DNA of 64,000 nucleotides from Burkholderia sp. (GTDB lineage: Bacteria > Pseudomonadota > Gammaproteobacteria > Burkholderiales > Burkholderiaceae), in contig NZ_JAHACR010000001.1 of the NCBI RefSeq assembly GCF_018375725.1, forward strand, positions 8,721-72,720, written 5' to 3'. Both the position numbers and the translations under genes were made by a program. Below are positions 52,919-64,000 of this stretch, piece after piece. Within the stretch, counting starts at the first letter, position 1. Each line of letters opens with the position of its first letter. A model generated the notes under the pieces. That model was not told the DNA's origin. It saw only the letters and a list, made by a program, of their open reading frames with translations, and did no database searches.

Positions 52919-53556
52919 GATGATTCGACTCCCGCATGCCCGAGCAGCTGGTTCCCGACCGCCCGCCCGAATTGAAAGGCTTCGTCGACGCTCATGAGCA
53001 GCTCGGCTTCTCCGGTCTGCGAGATCCACCGCTCGCCTGCCGGACGAGAGGCGAAGAAATGCACACAGCAGCAGAACGCCTGGCGAATGCTGGCCGTGGT
53101 GTGCGGACGCCGCAGTGAGATGACCGCACCCGGCGGCTCGATTCCCGTGACGCGCTCGGGGGTCACGACGAGGGACACCGGCCTGCCGGTTGCCGGGCAA
53201 CTCGACGCCACGCGAGCGCGCTTGCCGATCATCGCCGGGAACATCAGGGCGTCCAGCGCGCACCACACGTACAGCCGGTGGCCATCGACCTCGAACGTGT
53301 GCGGTGTCTCGCGAAGCGTGATGCCGTAGCCGGCTATATGGCCCCGATCGTCGTACTCGATATCGGGCATCCCGTCGAGCATCGCATTCACGCGCCCCGC
53401 CGACCAGCCGAGCGCGGTGGACAGGGTCTGCCGCGATACCGCCGTCCCTTTCGCGAGTTCACGAAGCAGCACAACAAAAAGCTGGGCAAACCCCTCCCGG
53501 CGATTGACCATCGCGAGTCCGTCGACAATCTCCGAGACGTAATTGGCGGTGTTCAT
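52915..53556 (-). CDS. merB: organomercurial lyase MerB
   Basis: 213 aa. [15 protein letters not shown] and SSCPATG blocks. Confidence 0.9.
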   Translation of the reverse strand: MNTANYVSEIVDGLAMVNRREGFAQLFVVLLRELAKGTAVSRQTLSTALGWSAGRVNAMLDGMPDIEYDDRGHIAGYGITLRETPHTFEVDGHRLYVWCALDALMFPAMIGKRARVASSCPATGRPVSLVVTPERVTGIEPPGAVISLRRPHTTASIRQAFCCCVHFFASRPAGERWISQTGEAELLMSVDEAFQFGRAVGNQLLGHAGVESS

Positions 53557-53624
53557 CCTTTCGCACCTCGCATACTTTGAATGTCACTGCTTCGATAATC
53601 GGCGTGGGCCTCGTCGCGGGCGGG

Positions 53625-55343
<1,719 letters not shown>

Positions 55344-55769
55344 TCAACCGTGTTTGGGTGGAAGTTCGCAGCCATCGGGGCCGCACCGGCGAGTTGCTGG
55401 GGCGCGGAGATCCCAGATCGACATGCCGACCATAAATACCAGGCCAACGTAGAGCAGCGGCGCGGTCGGCAGGCCATAGAACCGCATCAATACCGCGGCG
55501 GACAACACCAGCAACGGCCCGATCACGCCCAGTGCCGTACGGTGCCATTGGCGGTGACTGAACCAGCCCAGCCCGTTGGCGAGCAGCGCCAGCGCCGCGA
55601 ACAGCGGGATCAGCGTGGTGATGAAAAGTCCCTCCCATCGGGCGAGGAAACCGAGTCCGATCGCCGCCCCCAGGCTGGCGAGGGCGGGAAAGCACGCGGC
55701 ACAGCCCATTGCAGAGGCGATACTGCCGAGTACTCCCGCCTTGTCGGCGATGCGTGTAATCAGTCCCAT
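55344..55769 (-). CDS. merC: mercury transporter MerC
   Basis: 141 aa. AMGCAACFPALASLGAAIG motif, four TM helices. Confidence 0.9.
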   Translation of the reverse strand: MGLITRIADKAGVLGSIASAMGCAACFPALASLGAAIGLGFLARWEGLFITTLIPLFAALALLANGLGWFSHRQWHRTALGVIGPLLVLSAAVLMRFYGLPTAPLLYVGLVFMVGMSIWDLRAPATRRCGPDGCELPPKHG

Positions 55770-55794
55770 GATGTCGCTCCCGAGTGTATGGCCG

Positions 55795-56070
55795 CTACTG
55801 CTTGACGCTGGACGGATAACCGGCGTTCTTCGTCGCGTTGATGAGCGCAGCGACGTTGGTCCTGGCATCGTCATACGTCACCTGGATATCCGTCTCGCCG
55901 ATCACGGCGATGTCCTTGACGCCATCGACGCGCTTAAGCGCAGCCCGAACGGTGACGGGGCAGGATGCGCAGGTCATGCCGGGCACCGAGAGCGCCACGG
56001 TCTTCATGGCGGCCCAGGCCGGGGCGCTGAGGGTAGCTGCGAGGGCAGCCAGGACAACGAATCGCTTCAT
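55795..56070 (-). CDS. merP: periplasmic mercury-binding protein MerP
   Basis: Signal peptide plus GMTCASC. Confidence 0.95.
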   Translation of the reverse strand: MKRFVVLAALAATLSAPAWAAMKTVALSVPGMTCASCPVTVRAALKRVDGVKDIAVIGETDIQVTYDDARTNVAALINATKNAGYPSSVKQ

Positions 56071-56082
56071 GACAATCTCCTT

Positions 56083-56448
56083 TTAATAAAACAGCGGCAT
56101 GACGTAAGGGAAGCCGAGCGCGATCAGCATCAGGGCAGCGACGACCCAGAAAATGAGCTTGTAGATGGCGCGCACCTGCGGTACCGCGCACACCTCGCCG
56201 GGCTGGCAGGCGTGTGCCGGACGGAAGATGCGGCGTCCGGCAAATAACAGTGCGACGAGCGCCACGCCGAGGAAGACGGGGCGATACGGTTCCAGTGCGG
56301 TTAGGTTGCCGATCCAGGCACCGCTGACCCCCAGTGCCACGAGCACCAGCGGCCCCAGACAGCAAGTCGAGGCGAGAATGGCGGCGAGGCCACCGGCCGC
56401 GAGCGCACCACGACTGGTCTTCAGTTCGTTTCCGGGTTCCCCCTGCAT
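56083..56448 (-). CDS. merT: mercury transporter MerT
   Basis: LAAILASTCCLGPLVL and the conserved PGEVCA pair. Confidence 0.95.
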   Translation of the reverse strand: MQGEPGNELKTSRGALAAGGLAAILASTCCLGPLVLVALGVSGAWIGNLTALEPYRPVFLGVALVALLFAGRRIFRPAHACQPGEVCAVPQVRAIYKLIFWVVAALMLIALGFPYVMPLFY

Positions 56449-56483
56449 CGGCGTCTCCTTTCAGATGATTGGACGATGATGTA

Positions 56484-56514
56484 ACCTTAGTTCCGTAGTC
56501 CAGTACGGAGTCAA
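56484..56514 (-). promoter_or_regulatory. mer operator/promoter (PmerT with 19-bp spacer, overlapping MerR dyad)
   Basis: Minus strand reads TTGACT(56514-56509)-19 nt-TAAGGT(56489-56484). Dyad TCCGTAG-TCCA-GTACGGA at 56492-56509. Confidence 0.9.
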
Positions 56515-56519
56515 GGAGT

Positions 56520-56939
56520 ATGTTCAGCGATCCGCAAAGCCTGACCATTGGGGCCGTTGCCAGGGCGGCCAACGTCAATGTGGAAACGATCCGGTTTTAT
56601 CAGCGCAAGGGGCTGCTGCCCGAGCCGGACAAGCCCTACGGTGGCATTCGCCGCTATGGCCCGGCCGACGTGGCGCGGGTGCGTTTTGTCAAATCGGCCC
56701 AGCGGCTCGGCTTTACGCTGGATGAGGTTGCCGACCTGCTCCGGCTCGAGGACGGCACGCACTGTCATGACGCAAGCAGCCTCGCTGAACACAAGCTCAG
56801 CGATATCCGGGCGCGGCTCGCGGACCTCGCGCGGATGGAATCCGTGTTATCTCAGTTGGTGTGCGCCTGTCATGCGAGCAAAGGCACGATTTCCTGCCCG
56901 CTGATCGCGTCGCTTCAACATCAGTCGTCGCAAGCCTGA
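56520..56939 (+). CDS. merR: mercury-responsive regulator MerR
   Basis: [29 protein letters not shown]. Metal Cys residues C..(VCACH)..CPLI. Divergent from merT. Confidence 0.95.
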   Translation: MFSDPQSLTIGAVARAANVNVETIRFYQRKGLLPEPDKPYGGIRRYGPADVARVRFVKSAQRLGFTLDEVADLLRLEDGTHCHDASSLAEHKLSDIRARLADLARMESVLSQLVCACHASKGTISCPLIASLQHQSSQA

Positions 56940-57221
56940 GTAAGGTAGAGTCGATCGAACCCGAGGCCGCTTCCACCTGTCCCGGCAGGTAGTCGGCCGA
57001 TGCGTGCTGTAATCACAGCGTGCCGGCACGACGGGCACCCGTCGGCGGGGCGAGGCCGATCTCATGCGGGACCGGCTCGCCGCCACATCAGGCGCCGCGA
57101 CAGACCCGACGCGCGGCTGGCAACATGGGCCGCGTGCTCAATGCGACGCAGGCAAATGCTCATTGCGGCCATGTCGGCTGACCGCCGGCATAGCCGAATG
57201 ACGTGCACACGTTGTCGATGG

Positions 57222-57632
57222 TCAATGGCCTCGGTAGAGACCGCACTTTGGATCCATCGAGCATGGCATTGCGCCATGCTGCCACGTGCCTCGAGCATCC
57301 GCCGGCGAGCCGGCCTCGGATTTTTCCGCGGCTTTGCCGCCGTAGGATTCATCCGTTACAGCCGCCGTTCCCGCCTTCGCCGCCCCGGTGGCCTCCCGTT
57401 CCCGTTGCGCGAGCGCCTCATGCCGTTGCTGAACGATACGCTCGGCAGCCCGAATATCGGCCGGGTAATAGGGATCATTAGCGCGCCCCGGCTGGTAGCC
57501 GGCCTGCTCCAGCTCGATGAGTTCAGCGCGCACTTGCGCGCGTGTCACGGGGCCGCTCGATTGTTGCGCGAATGTCATGGCCGGGACGGCCAGGAGCGAT
57601 GCCGCGACTGCTGCATGGATCAGCGATTTCAT
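57222..57632 (-). CDS. secreted DUF4148-like protein
   Basis: Signal peptide MKSLIHAAVAASLLAVPAMTFA, then VTRAQVRAELIELEQAGYQP, typical of the Burkholderia DUF4148 family (from memory). Confidence 0.7.
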   Translation of the reverse strand: MKSLIHAAVAASLLAVPAMTFAQQSSGPVTRAQVRAELIELEQAGYQPGRANDPYYPADIRAAERIVQQRHEALAQREREATGAAKAGTAAVTDESYGGKAAEKSEAGSPADARGTWQHGAMPCSMDPKCGLYRGH

Positions 57633-58018
57633 GATGATGATCTCCACGACTTTGCGCTGCCGGCGTCAAACACAGCGCCAGAAGCTGAGACTCGGCCACG
57701 CGAGGTGTTGGCAGTCGGCGCCGTACTCCGATGAGTTCAATCGCGCCCTGGTGGCTGATTCCAGCTTATGTCCGGAGCAATGTACGGTTTCAAGACTAAT
57801 CTTGCGGCTGCATCGGATAATGCCGAGCGATACAAGCCCGCCGGCGCAGCGATGGCGTACGGTCTGGCTCTCGCCACCGTTTCCCGATAATCCCGCGGAC
57901 TCCTTACGATTGCCGTGTCGCCTGGCCACGAAGTGCGCAGGTATCCGCAGGCGCTCGACCCGCGGCGCAAGATTGCGACTGCCCCATCCCGACCGATTCG
58001 GTTCACGATCGCGTGCCG

Positions 58019-58441
58019 TTAGCCACGGCTGTTCGGTGGCAGTTCGCAACCGTCCGGCCCGCAGCGGCGACGAGCGGGCGACATGAAATCCCAGATTGAC
58101 ATGCCAACCATCAACGCAAGACCGGCATAGAGCAGCACCTCACCGCGCCAGCCATAAGTCAGATACACCGCGGACAACACCAGCAGTGGCCCGATGACCC
58201 CGAGTGCCGTGCGACGCCATTGGCGGTGACTGAACCAGCCCAAGGCATTGGCCAGCAACGCCAGCCCAGCGAACAGCGGTAACAAAAGGGTTATAAACAC
58301 GCCCTCGAACTGGCTTAGAAAACCCAGCCCGACCGCCGCCCCGAGGCTGGCGATTGCGGGGAAGCACGACGCGCAGCTCATCGCGGAGACGATGCTACCC
58401 AGGATCCCCGTGTTGTCTGCAAGGCGAGTGAACAGTCTCAT
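58019..58441 (-). CDS. merC: second MerC paralogue
   Basis: 140 aa, collinear with the MerC at 55344 (AMSCASCFPAIASLGAAVG). Confidence 0.85.
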   Translation of the reverse strand: MRLFTRLADNTGILGSIVSAMSCASCFPAIASLGAAVGLGFLSQFEGVFITLLLPLFAGLALLANALGWFSHRQWRRTALGVIGPLLVLSAVYLTYGWRGEVLLYAGLALMVGMSIWDFMSPARRRCGPDGCELPPNSRG

Positions 58442-58469
58442 GATGTCTCTCCCCGGATTAGTCCGCTGA

Positions 58470-58655
58470 CTACAGCTTGAGGCTCGACGAATAGCCCGCC
58501 TCCGCGGTCGCTCGAGTCAGTTTCTCGACGCTGGTTTTCGCCTCGTCAAACGTGACGACGGCCTCGCGTTTCTCGAAAGCGACGTCGACCCTGGCCACGC
58601 CGTCAACCTTGGCGAGCGCCGCTTTGACGGTGACGGGGCACACAGCGCGGATCAT
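58470..58655 (-). pseudogene. merP: 5'-truncated merP remnant
   Basis: Begins ..AVCPVTVKAALAKVDGV, i.e. inside the GMTCxxC loop. No signal peptide. Confidence 0.8.
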
Positions 58656-58676
58656 GCTGCCGAATGGCGATGATTA

Positions 58677-58707
58677 ACGTTACTTCCGTAGTCCGGTACA
58701 GAGTCAA
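58677..58707 (-). promoter_or_regulatory. relic mer operator/promoter
   Basis: Same geometry as 56484-56514: AGTCAA (58702-58707), dyad TCCGTAGTCCGGTACAGA (58685-58702), ACGTTA (58677-82). No merT or merR is attached. Confidence 0.7.
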
Positions 58708-58980
58708 GCGGCACATCCCGACGCGCGGCACCAGCGCGGCTATAGGGGGCGCCACATCGCGTGCCGGGAGATGCATTCCATCTGGCCACTCGCCTGAAAT
58801 CGGGTGGCCAAACCGCTTTTCGTACCGTTTCCGGCTGACCGAGGCAATTTTCGGGGCTTCACACTGGATAACCCATCTTTATCGCATATAAAAAATTCCA
58901 ATTTCACACCATCCTTGACCGGCAGTCTTGGTACATATATACATGGTATGTAATACAGTACGATATTCGAAGGAGGCCCC

Positions 58981-59973
58981 ATGGCTCGCGCCGGCCTGAC
59001 CCGTGTGGACATCAAGCGTGCGCGCGATTCGCTGATCGCGCAGGGTATGCACGCGTCGATCGATGCGATACGTATCGCGCTTGGCAATACCGGTTCGAAA
59101 ACCACCATCCACCGCTACCTGAAAGAGCTGGAGGAAGAAGAAGGCGCGTCGCTGACGCGCGCGGCGTCGCTGTCCGACGCCATCCAGGATCTCGTCGCCC
59201 GCCTCGCGGCCCGCCTACACGAGGAAGCGCAGGTGCGCGTCGATCAGCAGGCGGCCGCCGCAGCCGCCCAGCGCCAGCAGGCCCACGCCGAGATCGCTAA
59301 GCTCACTGGCGAGCTCGCCGCGCTGCAGGCGCAACTGGCCAACGCGACCGCCGCGCTCTCGAGCGAACAGGATGCGCACGCCGATACGCGCTTGGCGGCG
59401 CAGCAACGTGCGATCGACATCGAGCGACTCTCGCAGCAGGTGCATGATCAGACCGTGCGGTTGGCCGAGCACGAAAGCTTCCGCCAGTCACTCGAGGAGA
59501 AGCTGAAGCACGCGCACGACGCGCTGGAACACTACCGGAGCGCCAGTCGCGAGCAGCGCGAACAGGAAGCGCGCCGGCACGAGACGCAGGTCCAGCAGCT
59601 GCAGGCCGAACTGCGCCAGGCCAACCAGACAGCAATCGTGAAGCAGAACGAAATTACCCAACTGAACAAGGACAACGCGCGGCTGGTCGCCGAGTCCGGC
59701 GCGGCGAGTAAAAGTCTGCGAGAAGCGCGGGCACACGGTGAGCAGATACGGGAGGCGCTCGACCGGATGCGTGCCGATCACGTCCGTCTCGAGACCGAAC
59801 GCGATGCCCTACGCGCGACGGTCAGCGCGCAGTCGGGGGAACTGGAAAGCGCACGTGCGTCGCTCGGCGTAGCGACGGCGGAGCGGACAAAGCTGGCGGC
59901 GCAGGTCGACGCCCAGATGTTGCTGCTGGCTGACTACCGGGTGCGGTTAGGTCTGGGCGGCGCTGCGGGCTGA
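58981..59973 (+). CDS. KfrA-like DNA-binding coiled-coil protein
   Basis: GAAGGAGG RBS. N-terminal KRARDSLIAQGMHASIDAIRIALGNTGSKTTIHRYLKELEEE, then about 270 aa of Ala/Gln/Glu/Arg coiled coil. Confidence 0.75.
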   Translation: MARAGLTRVDIKRARDSLIAQGMHASIDAIRIALGNTGSKTTIHRYLKELEEEEGASLTRAASLSDAIQDLVARLAARLHEEAQVRVDQQAAAAAAQRQQAHAEIAKLTGELAALQAQLANATAALSSEQDAHADTRLAAQQRAIDIERLSQQVHDQTVRLAEHESFRQSLEEKLKHAHDALEHYRSASREQREQEARRHETQVQQLQAELRQANQTAIVKQNEITQLNKDNARLVAESGAASKSLREARAHGEQIREALDRMRADHVRLETERDALRATVSAQSGELESARASLGVATAERTKLAAQVDAQMLLLADYRVRLGLGGAAG

Positions 59974-60054
59974 AGCGCCAGATTTTGCATCCGGAGGACA
60001 CAGTTTCGCGAAATCGGCCTCTTGCTAAGCCTATGATTTTGCGTGGAATTTCGA

Positions 60055-60094
60055 ACGAAACCGCCAGATTTTGCACGAAAAGGACGATTACCCC
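60055..60094. repeat. Tn3-family right terminal inverted repeat
   Basis: The reverse complement GGGGTAATCGTCCTTTTCGTGCAAAATCTGGCGGTTTCGT matches IRL at 39 of 40 positions. A subterminal copy of GCAAAATCTGGCG lies near 59975-59990. Confidence 0.9.
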
Positions 60095-60099
60095 ATATG
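60095..60099. repeat. target-site duplication ATATG (right copy)
   Basis: Identical to 40310-40314. Confidence 0.9.
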
Positions 60100-60700
60100 G
60101 CGCGTCGACCTGCTTGCCGATGATCCCCTCGAGGCCGATCTCGCATGCGGATGCCAACATCGCATCAGGGGCAGCTTCGATCGCCTCGGAAAACCGCACC
60201 TCGGCACCGAGTATTTCGGAGACGACATCGCTTAGCGCCGCTCGCCGCTCTCGCCACGGGCGCGGCCGCAGATCAACCTCGTCAAGCCACATCAAGTCAA
60301 AAATCACCAGCGAAATGCCGGCGGTCCGCCGCCGATTGAATGCGTTCTGCAGGCCGTTGAAGCTCGGCAAGCCACTTGCATCAAACCAAACGGCTTCCGC
60401 GTCCAGCCAAGCACTTTGCACGGGCAGGCCCGCAAGCGCCGCCCGAAGGTGCGGTAGCCGTGCCGTCCAGTTGTGGCCGTTCCTGGTGAGGATCCGCACG
60501 TCGCCGGCGTCTATCCGCGCGAGCATGCGGTACCCGTCGAACTTGATTTCATACGCCCATGCGCCTGCTGACGGAGGCCTTGTCGCCAGGGTGGCGAGCG
60601 CCGGCTCGATGAATGCGGGCATGCCTCCAGCTTGCGCACTGGATAAGCGACTGCGGGATTCGCTCGACTTCGTCCACCGGCCCATGTCTCCTCCTCGCAT
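60095..60700 (-). pseudogene. ATP-dependent DNA ligase, 5' fragment (adenylation domain)
   Basis: Motif I EIKFDGYR, LDAEAVWFD, LVIFDLMWLD and LEGIIGKQVDAPY. The ORF then reads through into the transposon IR. Confidence 0.88.
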
Positions 60701-60772
60701 TCCACTGAGAACGCAAAGGGTGTTCCCAGGGGGGCGAATTTTACTGAGTCATGCTCAACCGACTCCTACGCT

Positions 60773-61606
60773 CTAATTTTCTGGAGATTGGGTCCGAGTT
60801 GCCAAGATTCGGCGCATCGCGTCGATCTGCGTCCTTTCCGCCGCAAGTGCCTTTTCAGCAGCTTCGGCCCGGGCCTTATACAGATCTCGCTGCTGGCCAA
60901 GATCCTGACGTAGCGCATCAGTCTGGAGGAGAAGATGCCGCTCAAGCCCCGAAAGGCGGGTGACAGTCGCGCTCATCTCGCCAAGTTGATCGGTCAACGC
61001 CTTGGCCTGCGCCGCGTGCTCGGTACGTTCGCTCTTGATCTGTTCGCCAGCAACCCTTGCTGCAGCTTCCGCGGTCGTGGCTCGCTCGAGCAGCGCCGCC
61101 CGCTGCGCTTCCAATGCGGAGATTCTGGCGTAAGCATCTCGAAGCGCCGATTCCGCCACCTGCACCCGAGTTTTCAGCTCGAGGAGTTCGTCCTCGGGAA
61201 TCTGTTGTCCTACGGCGAGCGACGGCGCCGGGGTCACGACAGCCGGCATAAAAGCCTGCTGGTCGGTGGGGCGCGTAAGTGCTGCCGCGGGTCCGGGCGT
61301 TGGTGCGATCAGGGCGATGCCAGAAGCGTGTGCACGCTGGATGGCCTTGCTCCATGTCTGTGCCGACGGGCGGCGCCGGATCTGGAAAGCATCAAGAAGC
61401 CTCTCATAAGTGGTCTGACCGTAGATGCGCCCCGTGCAACGTGCAATTCCGGCGATGAGTTCAGCGAGAAAGGTTGGGTTGTCGGATGGTGCGAACGCAT
61501 GAGCAGCTTCGGCAACGGCAATCATCCCGCGCATTTGATCGTCGCTGAACTCGATTCGGGAACGTGCCACAGCGCCTCTGAGAAGGTGGAAGGAAAGTTG
61601 TCCCAA
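60773..61606 (-). CDS. hypothetical coiled-coil protein (possible DNA-binding; start uncertain)
   Basis: 277-aa ORF. The C-terminal 150 aa are Ala/Glu/Arg/Gln coiled coil, similar in style to the gene at 58981. Confidence 0.6.
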   Translation of the reverse strand: MGQLSFHLLRGAVARSRIEFSDDQMRGMIAVAEAAHAFAPSDNPTFLAELIAGIARCTGRIYGQTTYERLLDAFQIRRRPSAQTWSKAIQRAHASGIALIAPTPGPAAALTRPTDQQAFMPAVVTPAPSLAVGQQIPEDELLELKTRVQVAESALRDAYARISALEAQRAALLERATTAEAAARVAGEQIKSERTEHAAQAKALTDQLGEMSATVTRLSGLERHLLLQTDALRQDLGQQRDLYKARAEAAEKALAAERTQIDAMRRILATRTQSPEN

Positions 61607-61967
61607 TCCTGCCGAAGATCAAATGTGACGCATCGGCCGTCGGTCCGTGGAACTGAAGTCTGCCCATCGCCGCGGAGCCTTCATCCAGCTGCGACAAGGG
61701 TTTGCGGGCGCGCCTCGCGAGCGGTGGATCAAATTTTCTTCCACGAATTTTGGCGCAAAGCCTTGCTGGATGCGGGATCCAGCGAACCGGTGACATTTAG
61801 TTCCTCGGACTGTCGGACTGTAGTATACACTCAGAGTAGGATTTTCGTAGTTTTAACTACCCGTTTCCTCTACTTTGCATCATTATTTGTATAATGGTGC
61901 GTTTTGTACGAATTCACTTTAAACCAGAAAGTCTACCCTCTACGCGCTGGCCAAAGCAAAAAGAACC

Positions 61968-63218
61968 ATGACCAACGAACTTGCGATCGATGCCTACGTA
62001 CTCGAGCACCTGCCCAGCTCGGCACCGCCCAACCGCGCAACAAGCCCGATCCTGCCGTCCGGACTCACCGAACAGGAAGTCGTGATCCAGTGGCTGAAGA
62101 CGAAGGAAGCTGGCGACGGCCGCCTAGCCGAGACGACGCTCGCCCAGTACGTGGTCGAGGCCCGGCGGCTCTTCTGGTATGCGCGATGGATCGACACGCC
62201 GATCTCGGAATGGACCCTCGAGGAAGCCGGCGACTATCTTGCGTTCCTGAAAGCTCCAGACGAGGCGGCGATTTGCGCCGTGCGTGTGCCACGCGGCGAT
62301 CCGCGCTGGACACCGTTCCGCAAGGCCCTGAGCACGGCATCCGCGCGGCAGAGCCAGGTCATCGCCGGCAGCCTGTTCAAGTGGCTGGTCGCCGTCCAAT
62401 ACCTTCGGGCGGACCCGTTCGCGGGCTATGGGCTTGCGGGAAAGAAACGCCAGCGAGCCAAAAAACAGAAGCGCTTCGTCGGGCAGGACGGGATCGAACT
62501 TGCCCGCGACGCGATCGCCGGTCGGGAATGCCGGACCGACCGGGAACGGGCGAAACGAGCTCGCGATCTTTTCGTCGTGGACCTGTTTACCAAAACTGGC
62601 TTGCGGACTTCCGAGGCAATCAGCGCGACGATGGGGTCGATCCAGTACGCGCGCTTTACCGCGGCGCAGCGGGCGAAGAATCCAGACTATCCCGAGGGTG
62701 TCTGGGTCATCGAAGTCGAATCGGGAAAAGGCGGCCAGCCACGAACGGTTTCGTGCGCTGCCGTCATGGGTAGCCTCCAAGATTATCGGATCGCCTACGG
62801 CCTCTCCTCTTTACCGGTGCCGGGAGAAACGACCCCTCTCATCCTTGGTGCCCGACGGCGCACGCCCGATCTCAACAGGAAGGTCAGCGAGCGCGGCCTG
62901 CGCGCTCTGCGCCGGGATCTCGGCACCATCGACGGCATCACAGACCGGTCCGCGCTGTACCGGCTGGTCAAGGCGATTTTCAAGGAGGCGCTGGCGTGGT
63001 GGGATGCTCGCGACCCGGTCGAAGCGGACAAGCTCGAACGCGCCTCCACGCACTGGTTGCGTCACAGTTTTGCCAAAAGTCTGGTCGCATCAGGCGCCGA
63101 CCTGATCACCATCGCCCGAAACCTTGGGCATGCCGACGTGAACACCAGCCTCGTGTACATCGACGACGAGGAAACGTCTCGGGCCCTCGAAACCGAGAAG
63201 TTGCTGGTGAACCGATAA
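61968..63218 (+). CDS. tyrosine site-specific integrase (intact catalytic residues)
   Basis: GLRTSEAI (Arg), SGKGGQPRTV (Lys), THWLRHSFAKSL (His-x-x-Arg-His), LGHADVNTSLVYID (His, Tyr). Confidence 0.9.
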   Translation: MTNELAIDAYVLEHLPSSAPPNRATSPILPSGLTEQEVVIQWLKTKEAGDGRLAETTLAQYVVEARRLFWYARWIDTPISEWTLEEAGDYLAFLKAPDEAAICAVRVPRGDPRWTPFRKALSTASARQSQVIAGSLFKWLVAVQYLRADPFAGYGLAGKKRQRAKKQKRFVGQDGIELARDAIAGRECRTDRERAKRARDLFVVDLFTKTGLRTSEAISATMGSIQYARFTAAQRAKNPDYPEGVWVIEVESGKGGQPRTVSCAAVMGSLQDYRIAYGLSSLPVPGETTPLILGARRRTPDLNRKVSERGLRALRRDLGTIDGITDRSALYRLVKAIFKEALAWWDARDPVEADKLERASTHWLRHSFAKSLVASGADLITIARNLGHADVNTSLVYIDDEETSRALETEKLLVNR

Positions 63219-63422
63219 GGTCGATCATCCGGTGGGAAGCCAGTTCCCATCGGAAACCTCATATATCCCCTCTCCCCTCTACTTTTCCTATCTGTTACGG
63301 TAATCCGACACCTCCTCGTTTTTGGAACTGCCTCCTTTATACTTCCTGCCAAGAAGTCACGGCATTCAAAAACAATGTCCGTGACCCTTGGTTGTTTCCA
63401 AAACGAGTCGGAGTGTCTAACA

Positions 63423-63893
63423 ATGAAAAAGTGTTTGCTGGCGCTGGCAACAACGGCGTGTTGCTCGATCAGTACGCTTGCCTACGCATCGCTCGGGGGC
63501 AGTGTTTCCACCGTATCGGACGATCAAATTAGGCTGGTCGCGAACCACCAGGCCGTGAAATTCCAAGCTACGCCTAGCGTGGGCTACACCGTCAACGAGA
63601 TGGTGTTGCCGAGTACAACTGTTGTGCGGGAATACGTTACCGGCGGAAAGGTCTTCGCAGTGACCTGGAGCGGCCCGTCTGCGCCGAACGTCCGGCAACT
63701 GCTGGGCGCGTACGTGGATCAGGCCAGCGCAGACGTAAAGGCGTTTCGCGAGGCGCACGGCGGCATCGGACCGGTCTCAGTCTCATCCGGGGACTTCGTA
63801 TTCCAGTCGAGCGGCCACATGGGTTTCTATGCCGGCCGTGCCTATATCCCGAGTGCAATTCCAAGCGGCGTCTCGATCTCGGACATTCGATAA
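63423..63893 (+). CDS. secreted hypothetical protein (DUF2844-like)
   Basis: Signal peptide MKKCLLALATTACCSISTLAYA. The family name is from memory, low certainty. Confidence 0.6.
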   Translation: MKKCLLALATTACCSISTLAYASLGGSVSTVSDDQIRLVANHQAVKFQATPSVGYTVNEMVLPSTTVVREYVTGGKVFAVTWSGPSAPNVRQLLGAYVDQASADVKAFREAHGGIGPVSVSSGDFVFQSSGHMGFYAGRAYIPSAIPSGVSISDIR

Positions 63894-63904
63894 AGGACAC
63901 GACA

Positions 63905-64000
63905 ATGCGCAAAATCCTCATGATCTCGGCGGCCTCGTGCCTTTTCGCCTTGATGACAGCTTGCGGCGGAGGCGGTGGAGATTCGAAGTCCCCTGCCCCG
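63905..64000 (+). CDS. lipoprotein, 3' end outside window
   Basis: MRKILMISAASCLFALMTACGGGGG has lipobox LMTAC. Truncated by the window edge. Confidence 0.6.
   Translation, partial: MRKILMISAASCLFALMTACGGGGGDSKSPAP

Noticed and set aside
57648-58018. ORFs of 127-189 aa between the DUF4148-like gene and the second merC
   Set aside because: They overlap on both strands with Arg/Ser/Cys-rich composition and no RBS. This is likely non-coding scar DNA from mer module rearrangement.
59822-60094. C-terminal 90 aa of the 292-aa ligase ORF (..GVIVLFVQNLAVSFEIPRK..)
   Set aside because: This part is a translation of the transposon right IR and subterminal DNA. The true ligase continues at 40314.
61904-62780. 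289-aa (+) and 218-aa (-) ORFs overlapping the integrase gene
   Set aside because: They are off-frame or antisense and Arg/Gly/Pro-rich. The integrase frame has all catalytic motifs.

Overview
High-GC, Burkholderiales-like mosaic of mobile DNA; almost the whole window is accessory. No rRNA, tRNA or CRISPR array was found. All family assignments rest on motifs read by eye, because no database search was possible.

Layout, left to right:
- 0.5-5.7 kb: minus-strand operon with two tandem 274-aa paralogues and an N6-adenine methyltransferase/SNF2-helicase fusion.
- 6.0-10.6 kb: unusual six-gene plus-strand operon. It encodes a membrane protein, a 66-aa protein, a membrane-anchored SprT-like HExxH protease, a SAM methyltransferase, a PfkB-kinase::GGDEF fusion and an orphan A24 prepilin-peptidase-like protease.
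- 10.8-16.8 kb: complete PRTRC-type cassette with a ParB homologue, a ubiquitin-like protein, an E2-like protein, a JAB/JAMM peptidase and a ThiF/E1.
- 17-27 kb: orphan genes, including a bacterial SET-domain protein and a putative NADAR-SLOG fusion.
- 27.2-35.4 kb: orphan T6SS islet (vgrG, lipase effector, DUF2875-like protein, PAAR) behind a catalytically degenerate integrase.
- 35.6-39.5 kb: kilA/TelA-like five-gene cassette.
- 39.9-60.7 kb: an ATP-dependent DNA ligase gene split by a 19,780-bp Tn3-family mercury-resistance transposon (40-bp IRs, 5-bp TSD ATATG).
- 60.8-64.0 kb: a coiled-coil protein, an intact tyrosine integrase and probable chromosomal genes.

The transposon carries merR, merTPCABDE and a relic second mer module, plus a patatin pair, a LysR regulator and a nested IS66-family element. 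That IS (3,225 bp, 8-bp TSD) carries a passenger nucleotidyltransferase and splits a MerR-family regulator gene.

The best candidates for uncharacterised biology are the PRTRC ubiquitin-like conjugation cassette and the protease/methyltransferase/kinase-GGDEF/A24-peptidase operon.
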